NCBI GenBank assembly: GCA_025358305.1 | Contig: JANYJZ010000012.1 | Span: 9,022 to 73,021, forward strand | DNA: 64,000 nucleotides | From: Ignavibacteriota bacterium | GTDB taxonomy: Bacteria; Bacteroidota; Ignavibacteria; UBA10030; SZUA-254 | Reading direction: 5' to 3' | Shown: in pieces, positions 52,705-63,098 of the stretch | How the letters are laid out: each line of letters starts with the position of its first letter | Numbering within the stretch: position 1 is the first letter of the stretch | Position numbers and translations under genes: made by a program | The notes under the pieces: generated by a model | What the model was told of the DNA's origin: nothing | Seen by the model: only the letters and a program-made list of their open reading frames with translations | Databases searched by the model: none

Positions 52705-53373
52705 ATGGCCATTAACGCTGTCATCTTCGGCGCCACCGGCATGGTCGGCGAGGGGGTGCTCCACGAGGCCCTCCGTGACCCGGCCGTGGGATCGGTCCTC
52801 GCTATCGGACGCCGTTCGTGCGGCGTGGCGCATCCGAAGCTGCAGGAGATTATGCATTCCGATTTCCTCGACTATGCGGCCATCGAACCCCGGCTTCGTG
52901 GATACGACGCCTGTTTCTTCTGCCTCGGATCGACATCGATCGGCAAGAACGAGGACGAGTACCGCAGGATCACGTACGACTTCGCGCTCGCGGCGGCGAC
53001 AACGCTCGCCCGGCTCGATCCGGCAATGACCTTCTGCTACGTCTCCGGCGCCGGGACCGACACGAGCGAACAGGGCCGCACGATGTGGGCGCGCGTCAAG
53101 GGGAAGACGGAGAACGACCTAATGAAGCTCCCATTCCGGGCGGTGTATGTCTTCCGGCCCGGATTCATCAAACCGACGCCGGGGCTCAAGAACGCGTTTC
53201 TCGTCTCCAAGATCATCGCTCCAGCATACCCCCTCCTGGAAGTCGTGTTTCCGAACTGGATGAGCACGCTCGAGGACGTCGGACGCTCGATGATCCGCGT
53301 CGCCACCGGAGGCTACACGAACAAGATCCTTGAATGTTGGGACATCGCAACTCTTGCACGTTCAGCGGCGTGA
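52705..53373 (+). CDS. NAD(P)H-binding (NmrA/atypical SDR-like) protein
   Basis: ORF frame 52561. The ATG at 52705 gives MAINAVIFGATGMVGEGVLHEAL (Rossmann). Confidence 0.75.
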   Translation: MAINAVIFGATGMVGEGVLHEALRDPAVGSVLAIGRRSCGVAHPKLQEIMHSDFLDYAAIEPRLRGYDACFFCLGSTSIGKNEDEYRRITYDFALAAATTLARLDPAMTFCYVSGAGTDTSEQGRTMWARVKGKTENDLMKLPFRAVYVFRPGFIKPTPGLKNAFLVSKIIAPAYPLLEVVFPNWMSTLEDVGRSMIRVATGGYTNKILECWDIATLARSAA

Positions 53374-53402
53374 TCGTGAACAGCCATTCTTAACAGACGA
53401 CG

Positions 53403-53864
53403 ATGAAACCGGAACGATTCGACTACATCTATCTTCTCTTCGGGATGCTCTGCGGGTTCCTCATCGGAACTTCCGTCGGGCAGGAGTCGGCGATCATCGC
53501 GCGGCGGATGCTCTTCGCGGCCGCGATCATGTTCGTCGCGCTCTTCTGGCGGCGCATCGAATCAAAGGCCCACAAACAGCACCTCCTAGAGTGGGACGAC
53601 ATCGAGGAGCGCGGCAAGTGGCAATTCATCCTCGTGCGCTATGTGCTCGTCCGCGGCATCGTGTTCGTCGTCCTCCTCATCGGCCCGGCCCTCTCGACGC
53701 TCAAATTCACGATCAACACAATCTCCATCCTCGTCTTCGCGGGCAGCCTCCTCATCTCGATCCTCCTCTATCTGGGGCACGAGGAGTGGTCCGACTGCGT
53801 CCAGGAGATGGAGATCCTCGCATTGAGGCAGACGGGGGAGTTTATCGCGTCAAACAAGAACTGA
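53403..53864 (+). CDS. hypothetical membrane protein
   Basis: 153 aa with about four hydrophobic segments. Confidence 0.45.
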   Translation: MKPERFDYIYLLFGMLCGFLIGTSVGQESAIIARRMLFAAAIMFVALFWRRIESKAHKQHLLEWDDIEERGKWQFILVRYVLVRGIVFVVLLIGPALSTLKFTINTISILVFAGSLLISILLYLGHEEWSDCVQEMEILALRQTGEFIASNKN

Positions 53865-54049
53865 GATCTTCACGGTGAACCGTCACGCCACATTTCACGT
53901 GCGGTCGTTCAATAGCGATCTTGGGTTCGCGGGCTCGTTCTGTCTCGCCCGGAACACGGTATCGTCTTCCATTGAAGGCAGGTCGATTGGACACACATAG
54001 CAGTGGCAGTATGAGACTCATCGCTCGCTTCTGCGGAAGAAAGTAACCC

Positions 54050-54487
54050 ATGAACGCACGAACAGCTTCCCTTGTCGCCCTCCTCGGTGCCGTCGTCGGC
54101 ATCCTCGCGCTCTTCCAGTTGCACCGTCTCATCGCGGCGGGGCCCTTCTGGCTTGCTTTCCAGATCCTCGCCGTGGGACTGATGATCTGGGCGCGGATCA
54201 CGTTCGGCAAACGAAGCTTCCATGCCGCCGCGGACCCGACGGCAGGGGGTCTCGTGACGACGGGGCCGTACCAGTACCTGCGCCACCCGATCTACGCCGC
54301 AGCGAACTACGTCGTCTGGGCCGGCGCGCTCTCAGAGCCGAACGCGCAAGCCCTCGGTGCCGCGACCGTGGTCACGCTCTGTTTGATGGTCCGGTTGCTC
54401 CTTGAGGAACGACTCGTCGCCGTCGCCTATCCGGAATACGCGGCATACGCGGCACGGACGAAGCGCCTGATCCCGTACGTCTTCTGA
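54050..54487 (+). CDS. isoprenylcysteine carboxyl methyltransferase (ICMT/PEMT)-family membrane methyltransferase
   Basis: LVTTGPYQYLRHPIYAA motif, characteristic of this family. Confidence 0.75.
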   Translation: MNARTASLVALLGAVVGILALFQLHRLIAAGPFWLAFQILAVGLMIWARITFGKRSFHAAADPTAGGLVTTGPYQYLRHPIYAAANYVVWAGALSEPNAQALGAATVVTLCLMVRLLLEERLVAVAYPEYAAYAARTKRLIPYVF

Positions 54488-54598
54488 CGCCGCTTCCCAT
54501 CGGCACCCTTGACTTTCACGGTCCGACTCAGCACATTAAAGAACAGTATTGCGAAGAGACGACATGAGAACACACAACGCGCGACGGCGGGGATCCCG

Positions 54599-54934
54599 GT
54601 GATCGACATTTCCACGGGCGAACATTACCGCTGGGGGGACGGCTGCGACGGATGGCACCTCGTGCGGTCCGACGGCTTGAGCATCATCCAGGAGGTCATG
54701 CCGCCCGGGACGGCGGAAACGCGGCACTCCCACGAACGCTCGCGGCAGTTCTTCTTCGTGCTCGCCGGCCGGATGACGATCGAGTGCGACGGGACTCGCC
54801 ACACGTTGGACCAGCGGCAGGGCCTCGAGATCGCCCCGGGCGCTCCTCATCAGGTGTTCAACGAATCGTCCGAGCCGCTCCATTTTCTCGTGGTGTCGAG
54901 CCCTCCAAGCCACGGCGACAAGTTCCCCCGGTAG
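54599..54934 (+). CDS. cupin-domain protein
   Basis: ORF 54509 (TTG). A GTG at 54599 is more plausible as the start. Cupin motifs HSHERSRQFFFVLAG .. PGAPHQV. Confidence 0.6.
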   Translation: MIDISTGEHYRWGDGCDGWHLVRSDGLSIIQEVMPPGTAETRHSHERSRQFFFVLAGRMTIECDGTRHTLDQRQGLEIAPGAPHQVFNESSEPLHFLVVSSPPSHGDKFPR

Positions 54935-54996
54935 CATGGAGTGCGGCGGACAACAGAAACAAGCAGGCAATACGTGCTTCAACGACGACCGACAAT

Positions 54997-55890
54997 ATGA
55001 AGATCAGCACAACGTTCAGGACATACCGGAGGCCCATCCTCCTCGCCCTCTCCTTCGTCCTTATCGAGAAGACCGCGTGGATCCTTGAGCCGACGCTCTT
55101 CGGCAACGTCATCGATGCGATGATCGACGCGTTGGCGGTCCCCGCCCTGAGCTCTCCGACCGTCCCCCTCCTCATCTGGATCGGCGTTTTCGGCATCAAC
55201 TCCGGCGTCGGCACCTACCGACGGTCGAAGGTCGAGAAGATCTCGCTGTCGATCTACAACGACCTCGCCGTGAACATCGCCGGGGAGGTCCAGCGCGGCG
55301 CCCTCGACGCCTCCCGGGCCTCCGCGCGCGCCGTCCTCACGCGCGACATGATCAGTTTCTACCAGTTCCGGGTCCCGGACATCATGGAACAGGTCATCGA
55401 CGTCGGCGGCGCGATCATCGCGCTCACGTTCTTCGACTGGAGGCTGGGCGCGACGTGCGGCACGATCCTCCTCCCGCTCTTCTTCATCAGCCGGTTCTAC
55501 AACAGAAGGGTGTCGCAATACCAGAAGCAGATCCATGACCACCAGGAGGACGTCTTCCGTATCTATTCGTCGAACGACAGCGAGCTCGTACGGTCCTACT
55601 ACGACGAGATCGCAGTCTGGAAGCAGAAGATCGCGAACGCGGGCGCACTCAATTTTGGGCTCCTTCGGATGTTCCTCCTGGGCATCTTCCTCATCATTCT
55701 CTGGGTCGCGATCGATCTCGACAACTTCACCACCGGCAACATCTATTCCATCGCGGCGTATGTCTGGACGTTCATCACCTCCTCGGAGTACCTCCCGGAG
55801 CAGCTGGAGAGCTGGACCTCCATGAAGGAGATCACCGGGCGGCTCGAATCAGAGGAAGCGCCGGTCGCCCCTCTGAGCCCCGGCACCTGA
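54997..55890 (+). CDS. ABC-transporter-type six-TM membrane domain protein without a fused ATPase
   Basis: ORF frame 54652. The ATG at 54997 gives MKISTTFRTYRRPILLALSFVLIEK. The protein is ABC_membrane-like. No NBD is encoded adjacent. Confidence 0.55.
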   Translation: MKISTTFRTYRRPILLALSFVLIEKTAWILEPTLFGNVIDAMIDALAVPALSSPTVPLLIWIGVFGINSGVGTYRRSKVEKISLSIYNDLAVNIAGEVQRGALDASRASARAVLTRDMISFYQFRVPDIMEQVIDVGGAIIALTFFDWRLGATCGTILLPLFFISRFYNRRVSQYQKQIHDHQEDVFRIYSSNDSELVRSYYDEIAVWKQKIANAGALNFGLLRMFLLGIFLIILWVAIDLDNFTTGNIYSIAAYVWTFITSSEYLPEQLESWTSMKEITGRLESEEAPVAPLSPGT

Positions 55891-55951
55891 GCGCGCCAGC
55901 GCACGAAGGCGGCCGGCGGCGGTCAACCATCACCACCGGAAGGCAAATGAC

Positions 55952-56464
55952 ATGAAACGGTACGCGTTCCTCCCGATCATCCTCATCGCGGCGATCTCCT
56001 GGCCAGCGCAAACGCAGGCGCAGGACCGCCTCTGGACGGTCATAACCGCCTCGTACGATACGCTTTCCTCCTGCTCGCTCGGACTGCTCGACAATGGCAC
56101 ACTCCGGCTTGTGTGCGGCAGCTCTTCCAGCCGCATTCCGGTCGACTCCGTTCGGAGCCTGACCCGGCCCGGCACGTCGCACTTCTGGACAGGCGCCGGG
56201 TACGGTACGCTCGGAGGAGCGGTCCTGGGCGGGATCATCGGCGGGGCCACGTACGAAAAGCCGAACTCTACCAGCGGATTCACGCTCGACTTCGGACCCG
56301 GCTTTAACATCGTCGGAGGGGCGATCGCAGGGGCGGTCGGCGGGTTCCTCGTCGGAGGTGTCATCGGCGCCACGAGCGGCGGCGACGAGGTTCACGACAT
56401 CATGCTCGAAACGCACGCCGCGAAGGTGCGGATCCTGACCGATCTCGCCGGCGAGAAGAACTGA
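55952..56464 (+). CDS. secreted glycine-zipper protein
   Basis: Signal peptide. GYGTLGGAVLGGIIGGA .. IVGGAIAGAVGGFLVGGVIGATSGG. Confidence 0.45.
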   Translation: MKRYAFLPIILIAAISWPAQTQAQDRLWTVITASYDTLSSCSLGLLDNGTLRLVCGSSSSRIPVDSVRSLTRPGTSHFWTGAGYGTLGGAVLGGIIGGATYEKPNSTSGFTLDFGPGFNIVGGAIAGAVGGFLVGGVIGATSGGDEVHDIMLETHAAKVRILTDLAGEKN

Positions 56465-56506
56465 CATGCCGGAGCGTATGATCAGCGCCGTGTCCCTTCC
56501 GAGAAC

Positions 56507-57223
56507 ATGCCGATGACCGAAGTCTGGCTCCTCATGATCCTCGTGGCCTGGGTCGCGTCGACCATTTCAGGGATCGCGGGGTTCGGCGGGTCGCTCATCG
56601 TTCTCCCGGTCTTCACCCATCTCGTCGGAGCCAAAGCGGCGATCCCCATCCTCACCGTCTCCTGGCTCATGGGCAACTTTTCCCGGGCCGTCTTCGGCTT
56701 TCGCGACATCCGGTGGAAGCCCGTGGCCTACTTCAGTGCGGGAGCTCTGCCCGCAGCGATCATCGGGTCGCGGCTCTTTATCGAACTTCCGACCGGGCTC
56801 ATCATGCGGGGGATCGGGATCTTCCTCCTCCTGGCCGTCGCGGCCCGGCACACGCCTCTCCTCCGGGAACTCGCACCCGGCTGGCTCGTCCCCGTCGGCG
56901 CCCTCGTGGGGCTCCTCTCCGCACTCATCGGCAGTGCGGGCCCGCTCGGAGCGGCGGCTTTTCTCAGTCTGAACCTGCCGCCCCCGGCCTACGTCGCGAG
57001 CGAGGCGGTCACTGCGGTCGTCATGCACCTGACGAAGACCGTCATGTACGAGCAGTACAACCTCATTTCCAAGCAAGATTTCGAGATGGGGGTCGTCCTC
57101 GGCCTGGCGATGGTCGCTGGGTCGTGGACATCGAGGAGGTTCATCACGAAGATTCCCGGCCGGTGGTTTGCCATTGCCGTCGAGCTTCTCCTGGTGGGTG
57201 TCGCCATTTCGCTCATCGTGTAA
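56507..57223 (+). CDS. sulfite exporter TauE/SafE-family membrane protein
   Basis: A two-fold repeated 4-TM pattern with GFGGSLIVLP and GSAGPLGAAAFL motifs. Confidence 0.8.
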   Translation: MPMTEVWLLMILVAWVASTISGIAGFGGSLIVLPVFTHLVGAKAAIPILTVSWLMGNFSRAVFGFRDIRWKPVAYFSAGALPAAIIGSRLFIELPTGLIMRGIGIFLLLAVAARHTPLLRELAPGWLVPVGALVGLLSALIGSAGPLGAAAFLSLNLPPPAYVASEAVTAVVMHLTKTVMYEQYNLISKQDFEMGVVLGLAMVAGSWTSRRFITKIPGRWFAIAVELLLVGVAISLIV

Positions 57224-57347
57224 GCCACTTCAACGCGCCGCCTCGGCCGTGGCTGGATGGAAATCCTGAGGCAAAATACGTACATTACGCCGAACAGGGA
57301 GAACATTCGGCCACAAGAGCGCTACCAACTTTCTGAAAGGATCCGCC

Positions 57348-57821
57348 ATGATCATGGTCCTTTTGATACCTCTCACGCTGGGGCTTACCGCCCTTCCATC
57401 CGCCCCCCTTTCGCAGCACCAAAGCGCCGCGAACGCCATCGCGGCCAAGAATGCCGCCGACAGCATCAAGTACTTCATCAAGATCGTCCCGCATGACTCC
57501 GCCACGGACGAGCACATGCCGTCCGCCTCCGGCGACGAGTTCGTTCCCGTCGACCAGCAGCCCATACCGGTCAAACAGGTCGACGGCCGGTACCCCGCCG
57601 GCGACCCTCTGGCGCGAACCACGGCCACCGTCTGGGTCCGAGGCCTCATCGGGAAGGACGGTTCCGTCGGCACGGTGAAGGTCATGCGGAGCGATGCTCC
57701 GCGTCTCGACGCGGCGGCCATCGCCGCGGCGAAGCAGTGGCGCTTCACGCCGGCATTCATTGCGGACAAGCCGATCGCCGTCTGGGCCGCGTTCAAGATC
57801 CGCTTCCATCCCACATACTAA
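57348..57821 (+). CDS. TonB C-terminal domain-containing protein
   Basis: The C-terminus, VWVRGLIGKDGSVGTVKVMRSDAPRLDAAAIAAAKQWRFTPAFIADKPIAVW, resembles the TonB_C fold. Confidence 0.7.
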   Translation: MIMVLLIPLTLGLTALPSAPLSQHQSAANAIAAKNAADSIKYFIKIVPHDSATDEHMPSASGDEFVPVDQQPIPVKQVDGRYPAGDPLARTTATVWVRGLIGKDGSVGTVKVMRSDAPRLDAAAIAAAKQWRFTPAFIADKPIAVWAAFKIRFHPTY

Positions 57822-57850
57822 CCACGCGACACCGGCAAAGGAGCCTTCTA

Positions 57851-58222
57851 ATGAGAATCAACTACGCGATCGTCTTCGTCAGCGACATGAAGCGCAGCGT
57901 CGCGTTCTACCGTGACGTCTTGGGTCTCGCATTGAAGTTCGAGTCCCCTGGGTGGTCCGAGTTCCTCACCGACGGGGCGACGCTCGCGCTCCATGCGGGC
58001 GAGGGACCAGCCGTCCCGGGCTCCGACCCGCTCCACGTCCCGCCGGGCCGCTGCCGACCGGGGTTCAGCGTGCCGGATCTCGGCGCGTTCCATGCGCGGA
58101 TGCTCGAGCACCGCGTGGTCTGCGTCGAAGAACCGAAAGAGGTGTTCGGTGCCCGCATCGCCCAGTATCTTGATCCCGACGGCCTCGGAATCTCGGTCGG
58201 CGAGGAACGCCGGGGGCCATAA
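57851..58222 (+). CDS. VOC-family (glyoxalase I-like) protein
   Basis: ORF frame 57737. The ATG at 57851 gives MRINYAIVFVSDMKRSVAFYRDVLGL. Confidence 0.75.
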   Translation: MRINYAIVFVSDMKRSVAFYRDVLGLALKFESPGWSEFLTDGATLALHAGEGPAVPGSDPLHVPPGRCRPGFSVPDLGAFHARMLEHRVVCVEEPKEVFGARIAQYLDPDGLGISVGEERRGP

Positions 58223-58274
58223 GGGGTATTTTCATGAAACCAAGAACCATGACGTACACAATGAGAGCAACAGC

Positions 58275-58634
58275 ATGAAGCCGTATTCCGCACTGCACCT
58301 GAGCCCGATGGTCCCCTCGACGAACATCCCGGAGACCGTGCATTTTTTCGAGAAGCTTCTCCAGTTCACCGTGGTGAGAGCCTCCGAAAGCTACGTCGTC
58401 CTCACGAAGGACGGCGTCATGGTACACATCATGAACGCGGGCGCCGTCCTGCAGGAACAGGACGTGTACCTCGAGGTCGATGACGTGGACTTCGTCTGGA
58501 GCTCGATCAGGGAACACGTTCAGGGCATACGGGTACGGGAGCCATTCGACCGCGAGTACGGCATGCGCGAACTCCACATCGTGATACCGCATTCCGGATC
58601 TCTCCTGTTCATCGGCCAGGTCATCGGCAAATAG
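58275..58634 (+). CDS. VOC/glyoxalase-bleomycin-resistance-like protein
   Basis: ORF frame 57993. The ATG at 58275 gives MKPYSALHLSPMVPSTNIPETVHFFEKLLQF. Confidence 0.65.
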   Translation: MKPYSALHLSPMVPSTNIPETVHFFEKLLQFTVVRASESYVVLTKDGVMVHIMNAGAVLQEQDVYLEVDDVDFVWSSIREHVQGIRVREPFDREYGMRELHIVIPHSGSLLFIGQVIGK

Positions 58635-58670
58635 CCGCAGCGTACGCGACACATCCAGACGAGGCGTTCT

Positions 58671-59180
58671 GTGAGCAAACACGACACAAAGGATCTCAAA
58701 AAGTGCCTAAAGCCGTTCCCGCTGGAAAAGCAGAAGATCGCCTTCCGGCTCCGCTCGTTCGTCTGGGACCTCTATCCGAAGGCGAACGAGCTCATTTACG
58801 ACAATTACAACGCCGTCGCCTTCGGCTGGTCGACCTCGGACAGGGTGAGCCACGTGTTCTGCACGATCGCCGTCGGGCGGTCCTCGGGGAACATTCACTT
58901 CGGCTTCTATTGGGGATCGAGGCTCACCGACACGAAGAAGATGCTCCTTGGTGAGGGAAACCAGTACCGGTACATCCTCGTCCACTCCATGGAGGATTTT
59001 CCGGCCGCCTACATGAGGTCGCTCATGAAGCAGGCGCACCGGTATTCGCTCTCCCGGATGAAGTCATCGGACATCGTGCTGGAGGGGGCGACGATCCTCA
59101 AGTCGGTCTCGGCCGTGAAGCGGAAGAAGCCTCAGGCTCCCCGGAAGACCGCACTCATCAGTGCAAAGAAGCGAGCGTAG
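58671..59180 (+). CDS. DUF1801 (YdhG-like) domain protein
   Basis: 169 aa. The ..LRSFVWDLYPKANELIYDNYNAVAFGWS.. pattern is typical of DUF1801. Confidence 0.65.
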   Translation: MSKHDTKDLKKCLKPFPLEKQKIAFRLRSFVWDLYPKANELIYDNYNAVAFGWSTSDRVSHVFCTIAVGRSSGNIHFGFYWGSRLTDTKKMLLGEGNQYRYILVHSMEDFPAAYMRSLMKQAHRYSLSRMKSSDIVLEGATILKSVSAVKRKKPQAPRKTALISAKKRA

Positions 59181-59183
59181 GGT

Positions 59184-59858
59184 ATGCCTCCCGCACGCGC
59201 TGGGCCGAGCAAGTTCCGCCCCCTCCTCTTCCAGGTCATTCTCGTTCTCTGTTCAACGCTTTTGCCGGTGCATGCCTTAGCGCAGGATGACTCCGACGTG
59301 CCCGATTTTTGGATCGGCCTGGAGGCCGGCGAAGGACTGGCGAGCGCGATCTGCGCCGGCTGCGGCGAATCCGGCATGCAGGCCGGCACGACCGGTAATG
59401 TCTACCTCGGGTTCGGCGTCGGCGACCAGGTGCTTCTCGGCGTGCAGGTGTCGGATTGGATCGACCATGGCGGAATGTACAGCCAGCGCGAAGACAAGAT
59501 CAGCCGGGGGCATTTCATGTTCGTCGGCTATTACTATCCCTGGAAACGGGTCCCGGCGTTCACCAAGCTCGGCTTCGGCCTCTCCTCCTTCAATGCGATA
59601 GATCGGTACCAACCGGCGCTCAAAGGCACGAACGGTCAGGATCTCGTGAGTTCGGTCCATAGCGACGGCCCCGGGATCCTCGTCGGAGCGGGTTACGAGA
59701 TCTTCGTCTCGAAGAGAGTCGCTCTCGTTCCCTCGCTTTCGTATTTTTACGGCCGGCACTCCGAACTGACATTCGACACCACCCACCTCCTCGCGGAGCA
59801 CGCCACGCTCCACCTCATTGAGTTCAACCTCGGCATCATGTTCCACGCCGACCGGTAG
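59184..59858 (+). CDS. outer-membrane beta-barrel protein (OmpW/porin-like), putative
   Basis: Signal peptide. It has alternating hydrophobic beta-strand segments and a C-terminal aromatic residue (..GIMFHADR). Confidence 0.5.
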   Translation: MPPARAGPSKFRPLLFQVILVLCSTLLPVHALAQDDSDVPDFWIGLEAGEGLASAICAGCGESGMQAGTTGNVYLGFGVGDQVLLGVQVSDWIDHGGMYSQREDKISRGHFMFVGYYYPWKRVPAFTKLGFGLSSFNAIDRYQPALKGTNGQDLVSSVHSDGPGILVGAGYEIFVSKRVALVPSLSYFYGRHSELTFDTTHLLAEHATLHLIEFNLGIMFHADR

Positions 59859-59861
59859 TCG

Positions 59862-59890
59862 GCGAACGATCCTTCTGCGAACGATCCTTC
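59862..59890. repeat. tandem direct repeat 2 x GCGAACGATCCTTC (1-nt spacer)
   Basis: Copies at 59862-59875 and 59877-59890. It starts 4 nt after the stop of the beta-barrel gene and about 80 nt upstream of the aldolase gene. Confidence 0.5.
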
Positions 59891-59972
59891 GGGCTGTGAT
59901 TTTCCGTTCTCGCGCCTTTTTCGTATATTTGGCCTGCATATCGGAGTTCTCTTCTACACTAAAGGAGTTTCC

Positions 59973-61031
59973 ATGAATATCAGCGAAATTGAACAATTAC
60001 TTGGCGCCGACGCCAAGAACCTTCTCACCCACACCGCCAAAGGGATCCCAAAGGCGATGATCACGCTCCCCGGACCGGACTACGTCGACAGAGTGTACGC
60101 CCTCTCCGACCGTCCTACGCCGGTCCTGAAAAGCCTCAACTGGATCATCCACCAGGGAAGGCTCGCACACACGGGATACGTCTCGATCCTTCCCGTCGAC
60201 CAGGGCATCGAGCACTCCGCGGGCGCGTCGTTCGCGCCGAACCCGATCTATTTCGATCCCGAGAACATCGTGAAGCTCGCCATCGAGGGGGGCTGCAACG
60301 CCGTCGCCTCGACGCTCGGCGTCCTCGGATCGGTCTCGCGGAAGTATGCCCACAGGATACCGTTCATCATGAAGTTCAACCATAACGAGTTCATCTCGTA
60401 CCCCAACTCGTACGACCAGATCCTCTTCGCACGCGTGAAGCAGGGATTCGACATGGGCGCGGTCGCCGTCGGCGCAACGATCTACTTCGGTTCCCCCGAA
60501 TCGAAGCGCCAGATCCAGGAGGTCAGCCTCATGTTCCAGCAGGCGCATGAGCTCGGCATGGCGACGATCCTCTGGTGCTACCTGCGGAACAATGCATTCA
60601 AGACGCCCGAGAAGGACTACCACCTCGCGGCGGACCTCACCGGACAGGCGAACCACCTCGGCGTCACCATCGAGGCCGACATCATCAAGCAGAAGCTCCC
60701 GGAGAACAACGGCGGCTTCGAGGCGCTGAAGTTCGGCAAGACGAACAAGAAGGTCTACACGGAACTCACGACCGACCATCCGATCGACCTCTGCCGTTAC
60801 CAGGTCGCGAACTGCTACATGGGAAAGGCGGGCCTCATCAACTCCGGCGGTGAATCAAAGGGTGCGTCCGACCTTGCCGATGCGGTCCGCACGGCGGTCA
60901 TCAACAAGCGCGCCGGCGGGATGGGGCTCATCTCCGGCCGGAAGGCGTTCCAGCGTCCGATGAACGATGGGGTGAAGATCCTCAACGGCATCCAGGACGT
61001 CTATCTCTGCAAAGAGGTGACCGTAGCCTGA
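59973..61031 (+). CDS. class I fructose-bisphosphate aldolase (DhnA/FbaB-type)
   Basis: 352 aa. The DhnA-family pattern is present (..[12 protein letters not shown].., ..[10 protein letters not shown].., ..ADIIKQKLP..). The Schiff-base lysine is expected near IIKQK. Confidence 0.8.
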   Translation: MNISEIEQLLGADAKNLLTHTAKGIPKAMITLPGPDYVDRVYALSDRPTPVLKSLNWIIHQGRLAHTGYVSILPVDQGIEHSAGASFAPNPIYFDPENIVKLAIEGGCNAVASTLGVLGSVSRKYAHRIPFIMKFNHNEFISYPNSYDQILFARVKQGFDMGAVAVGATIYFGSPESKRQIQEVSLMFQQAHELGMATILWCYLRNNAFKTPEKDYHLAADLTGQANHLGVTIEADIIKQKLPENNGGFEALKFGKTNKKVYTELTTDHPIDLCRYQVANCYMGKAGLINSGGESKGASDLADAVRTAVINKRAGGMGLISGRKAFQRPMNDGVKILNGIQDVYLCKEVTVA

Positions 61032-61137
61032 TCGCTTGAACTCAACGCGTGCGATATGCGCCAGGGGGCGCATATCGCACGTTCGTTTTATCGCCCGCGC
61101 GCACTGTGAGCGCGCCGGCACACTCTCGGAGCCGTAC

Positions 61138-62310
61138 GTGATAAAATCCATTACTTTGAAGAAGCACGAGGACCGGCGCATCCTGTCCGGACACCTCTGG
61201 GTGTTCAGCAACGAGATAGCGGCGATCGAAGGCGAACCCGCCGCGGGGGACATCGTCACCCTGCGCAACCACGGCGGCGCGCCGATGGGAAAGGGGTTCT
61301 ACCACCCGGGGTCGCTCATCGCGTTTCGGCTCCTGACGCGCACGGACGAGGAGATCGACTTTCAATTCTTCCAAAAGCGGATCGAACGCGCCATCGCCCT
61401 CCGGGCGCTCCTCTATCCGCAGGCGAAGTCCTACCGGCTCGTCTATGGCGAGTCCGACTTCCTCCCAGGGCTCATCATCGACAAGTACCACCAGTACCTC
61501 TCCGTGCAGACGCTATCGTACGGCATGGACAAGCGCTTGACGCTCATCTGCGACGTCCTTGAAGCGCTTTTGAAGCCGAAGGGGATCGTCGAGCGGAACG
61601 AGTCGCAGATCCGCCTGCTCGAAGGGCTCGAAACGAAGAAGGGGATCGTCCGGGGCACGGTCGGACCGGTCACCATCGAGGAGAACGGGATCTCGTACGA
61701 GATCGACATCTTGGAGGGCCAGAAGACCGGCTTCTTCCTCGATCAGCGGGAGAACCGCCTGGCGCTCCGGCGGTACAGCAAAGGCGCCTCGGTCCTCGAC
61801 TGCTTCTGCAACGACGGCGGGTTCGCGCTCAACGCGGCCCACGCGGGCGCGAAGCACGTGACGGCCGTCGACGTCTCGGAGACGGCGGTCGCGCGAGCCT
61901 CGGCGAACGCCGCACTGAACGGCCTCGCGAAGGGCGTCACGTGCGTGGCCGCGGACGCGTTCGAGTACCTCAAGGGGGCCATCGCGGCGAAGAAAGAGTT
62001 CGACGTCATCAACCTCGACCCTCCTTCGTTTGCGAAGAGCAAGAAAATGGTGAGCACCGCCAAGCGGGGGTACAAGGATCTCCACGCACTCGCGTTCCAG
62101 CTCATGCCGAAGGGCGGGATCCTCGCCAGCTCCTCCTGCTCGTACCATATCGAGGAGCCGACGTTCCTCGAGATCGTCCACCAGTCGGCCCAGACGGCGG
62201 GCAAGACCGTCCGGGTCCTCGAATGGCGCGGCGCCTCCCCCGACCACCCCGTCCTTCCCGCCATGCCTGAAACGAGGTATCTAAAATTCGGAGTATTTCG
62301 GGTGGAATAG
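61138..62310 (+). CDS. rlmI: 23S rRNA (cytosine1962-C5)-methyltransferase RlmI-like class I SAM-dependent methyltransferase
   Basis: ORF frame 61036. The GTG at 61138 gives ITLKKHEDRRILSGHLWVFSNEI (the PUA-like N-terminus typical of RlmI). The SAM motif is LDCFCNDGGFAL, and DPPSFAKSK is present. Confidence 0.8.
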   Translation: MIKSITLKKHEDRRILSGHLWVFSNEIAAIEGEPAAGDIVTLRNHGGAPMGKGFYHPGSLIAFRLLTRTDEEIDFQFFQKRIERAIALRALLYPQAKSYRLVYGESDFLPGLIIDKYHQYLSVQTLSYGMDKRLTLICDVLEALLKPKGIVERNESQIRLLEGLETKKGIVRGTVGPVTIEENGISYEIDILEGQKTGFFLDQRENRLALRRYSKGASVLDCFCNDGGFALNAAHAGAKHVTAVDVSETAVARASANAALNGLAKGVTCVAADAFEYLKGAIAAKKEFDVINLDPPSFAKSKKMVSTAKRGYKDLHALAFQLMPKGGILASSSCSYHIEEPTFLEIVHQSAQTAGKTVRVLEWRGASPDHPVLPAMPETRYLKFGVFRVE

Positions 62311-62398
62311 CCTTCTTCCCGGCGGCATTGACTTTCGCCGGATTCAGAAGTATATTTAAGATGTGCAAGCGATCTTTTGCCGCCAGGATGATTTCATC

Positions 62399-63091
62399 GT
62401 GAAAGCCTCCCTCATATCGTCGTTGCTCCTGCTCCTCTCCCTCGGAGAGCTTAGCGCGCAGGGACAGATCCCCTCCGCTCCGCAGTTCCGTCCCGACTCC
62501 ACGTCGGTCCTCGGCGCGTTGCGCGAACCGGCGGCGCCGGCGTTCGTCACCCCGACGTCGGCGTGGGGCGTTGATCTGTTCATCTCCAACGGCGGGTTCG
62601 GCCTCGGCTCGTTCTTCCGCCACACGTACAACGAGGACCTCTACGGGTACGTCGACCTCTCGTTCTCCGAAGCGAAGGACGACGATGAGAAGGACTTCGT
62701 CGACATCTACGGAAGGCTCGTCACGCCCGGGAAGATCAACCGCTTCATGGTCATCCCCGTCTTCGCCGGTGTCGAGCATCGATTGTTCCGCGACGACATC
62801 GTCGACAACTTCCGTCCGTTCGTGAACGCCGCGGCCGGACCGGCCATCCTCTACGTCTTCCCCGCTGACCAGGAATACTTCACGGCGCTCAGCAACGGCC
62901 ATGCCGTCGTCACGGCGGGCGGGTATGTGGGATTGGGGGCGTACTTCGGGTCGGAGCGCTCGAGCATCCTCGGCCTCAACGTGCGCTATTACTACGTACC
63001 CTATCCGGCGGGGATCGAAGGCATGCAGGGTGTACAGAAGAAGCAATTCGGCGGGTTCTACATCACGATCAAGTTCGGGAGCGCCTGGTAG
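62399..63091 (+). CDS. secreted/outer-membrane beta-barrel protein, putative
   Basis: ORF 62363. The GTG at 62399 gives the signal peptide VKASLISSLLLLLSLGELSAQG. The terminal aromatic residue (..FGSAW) is beta-barrel-like. Confidence 0.5.
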   Translation: MKASLISSLLLLLSLGELSAQGQIPSAPQFRPDSTSVLGALREPAAPAFVTPTSAWGVDLFISNGGFGLGSFFRHTYNEDLYGYVDLSFSEAKDDDEKDFVDIYGRLVTPGKINRFMVIPVFAGVEHRLFRDDIVDNFRPFVNAAAGPAILYVFPADQEYFTALSNGHAVVTAGGYVGLGAYFGSERSSILGLNVRYYYVPYPAGIEGMQGVQKKQFGGFYITIKFGSAW

Positions 63092-63098
63092 GCCGCGC

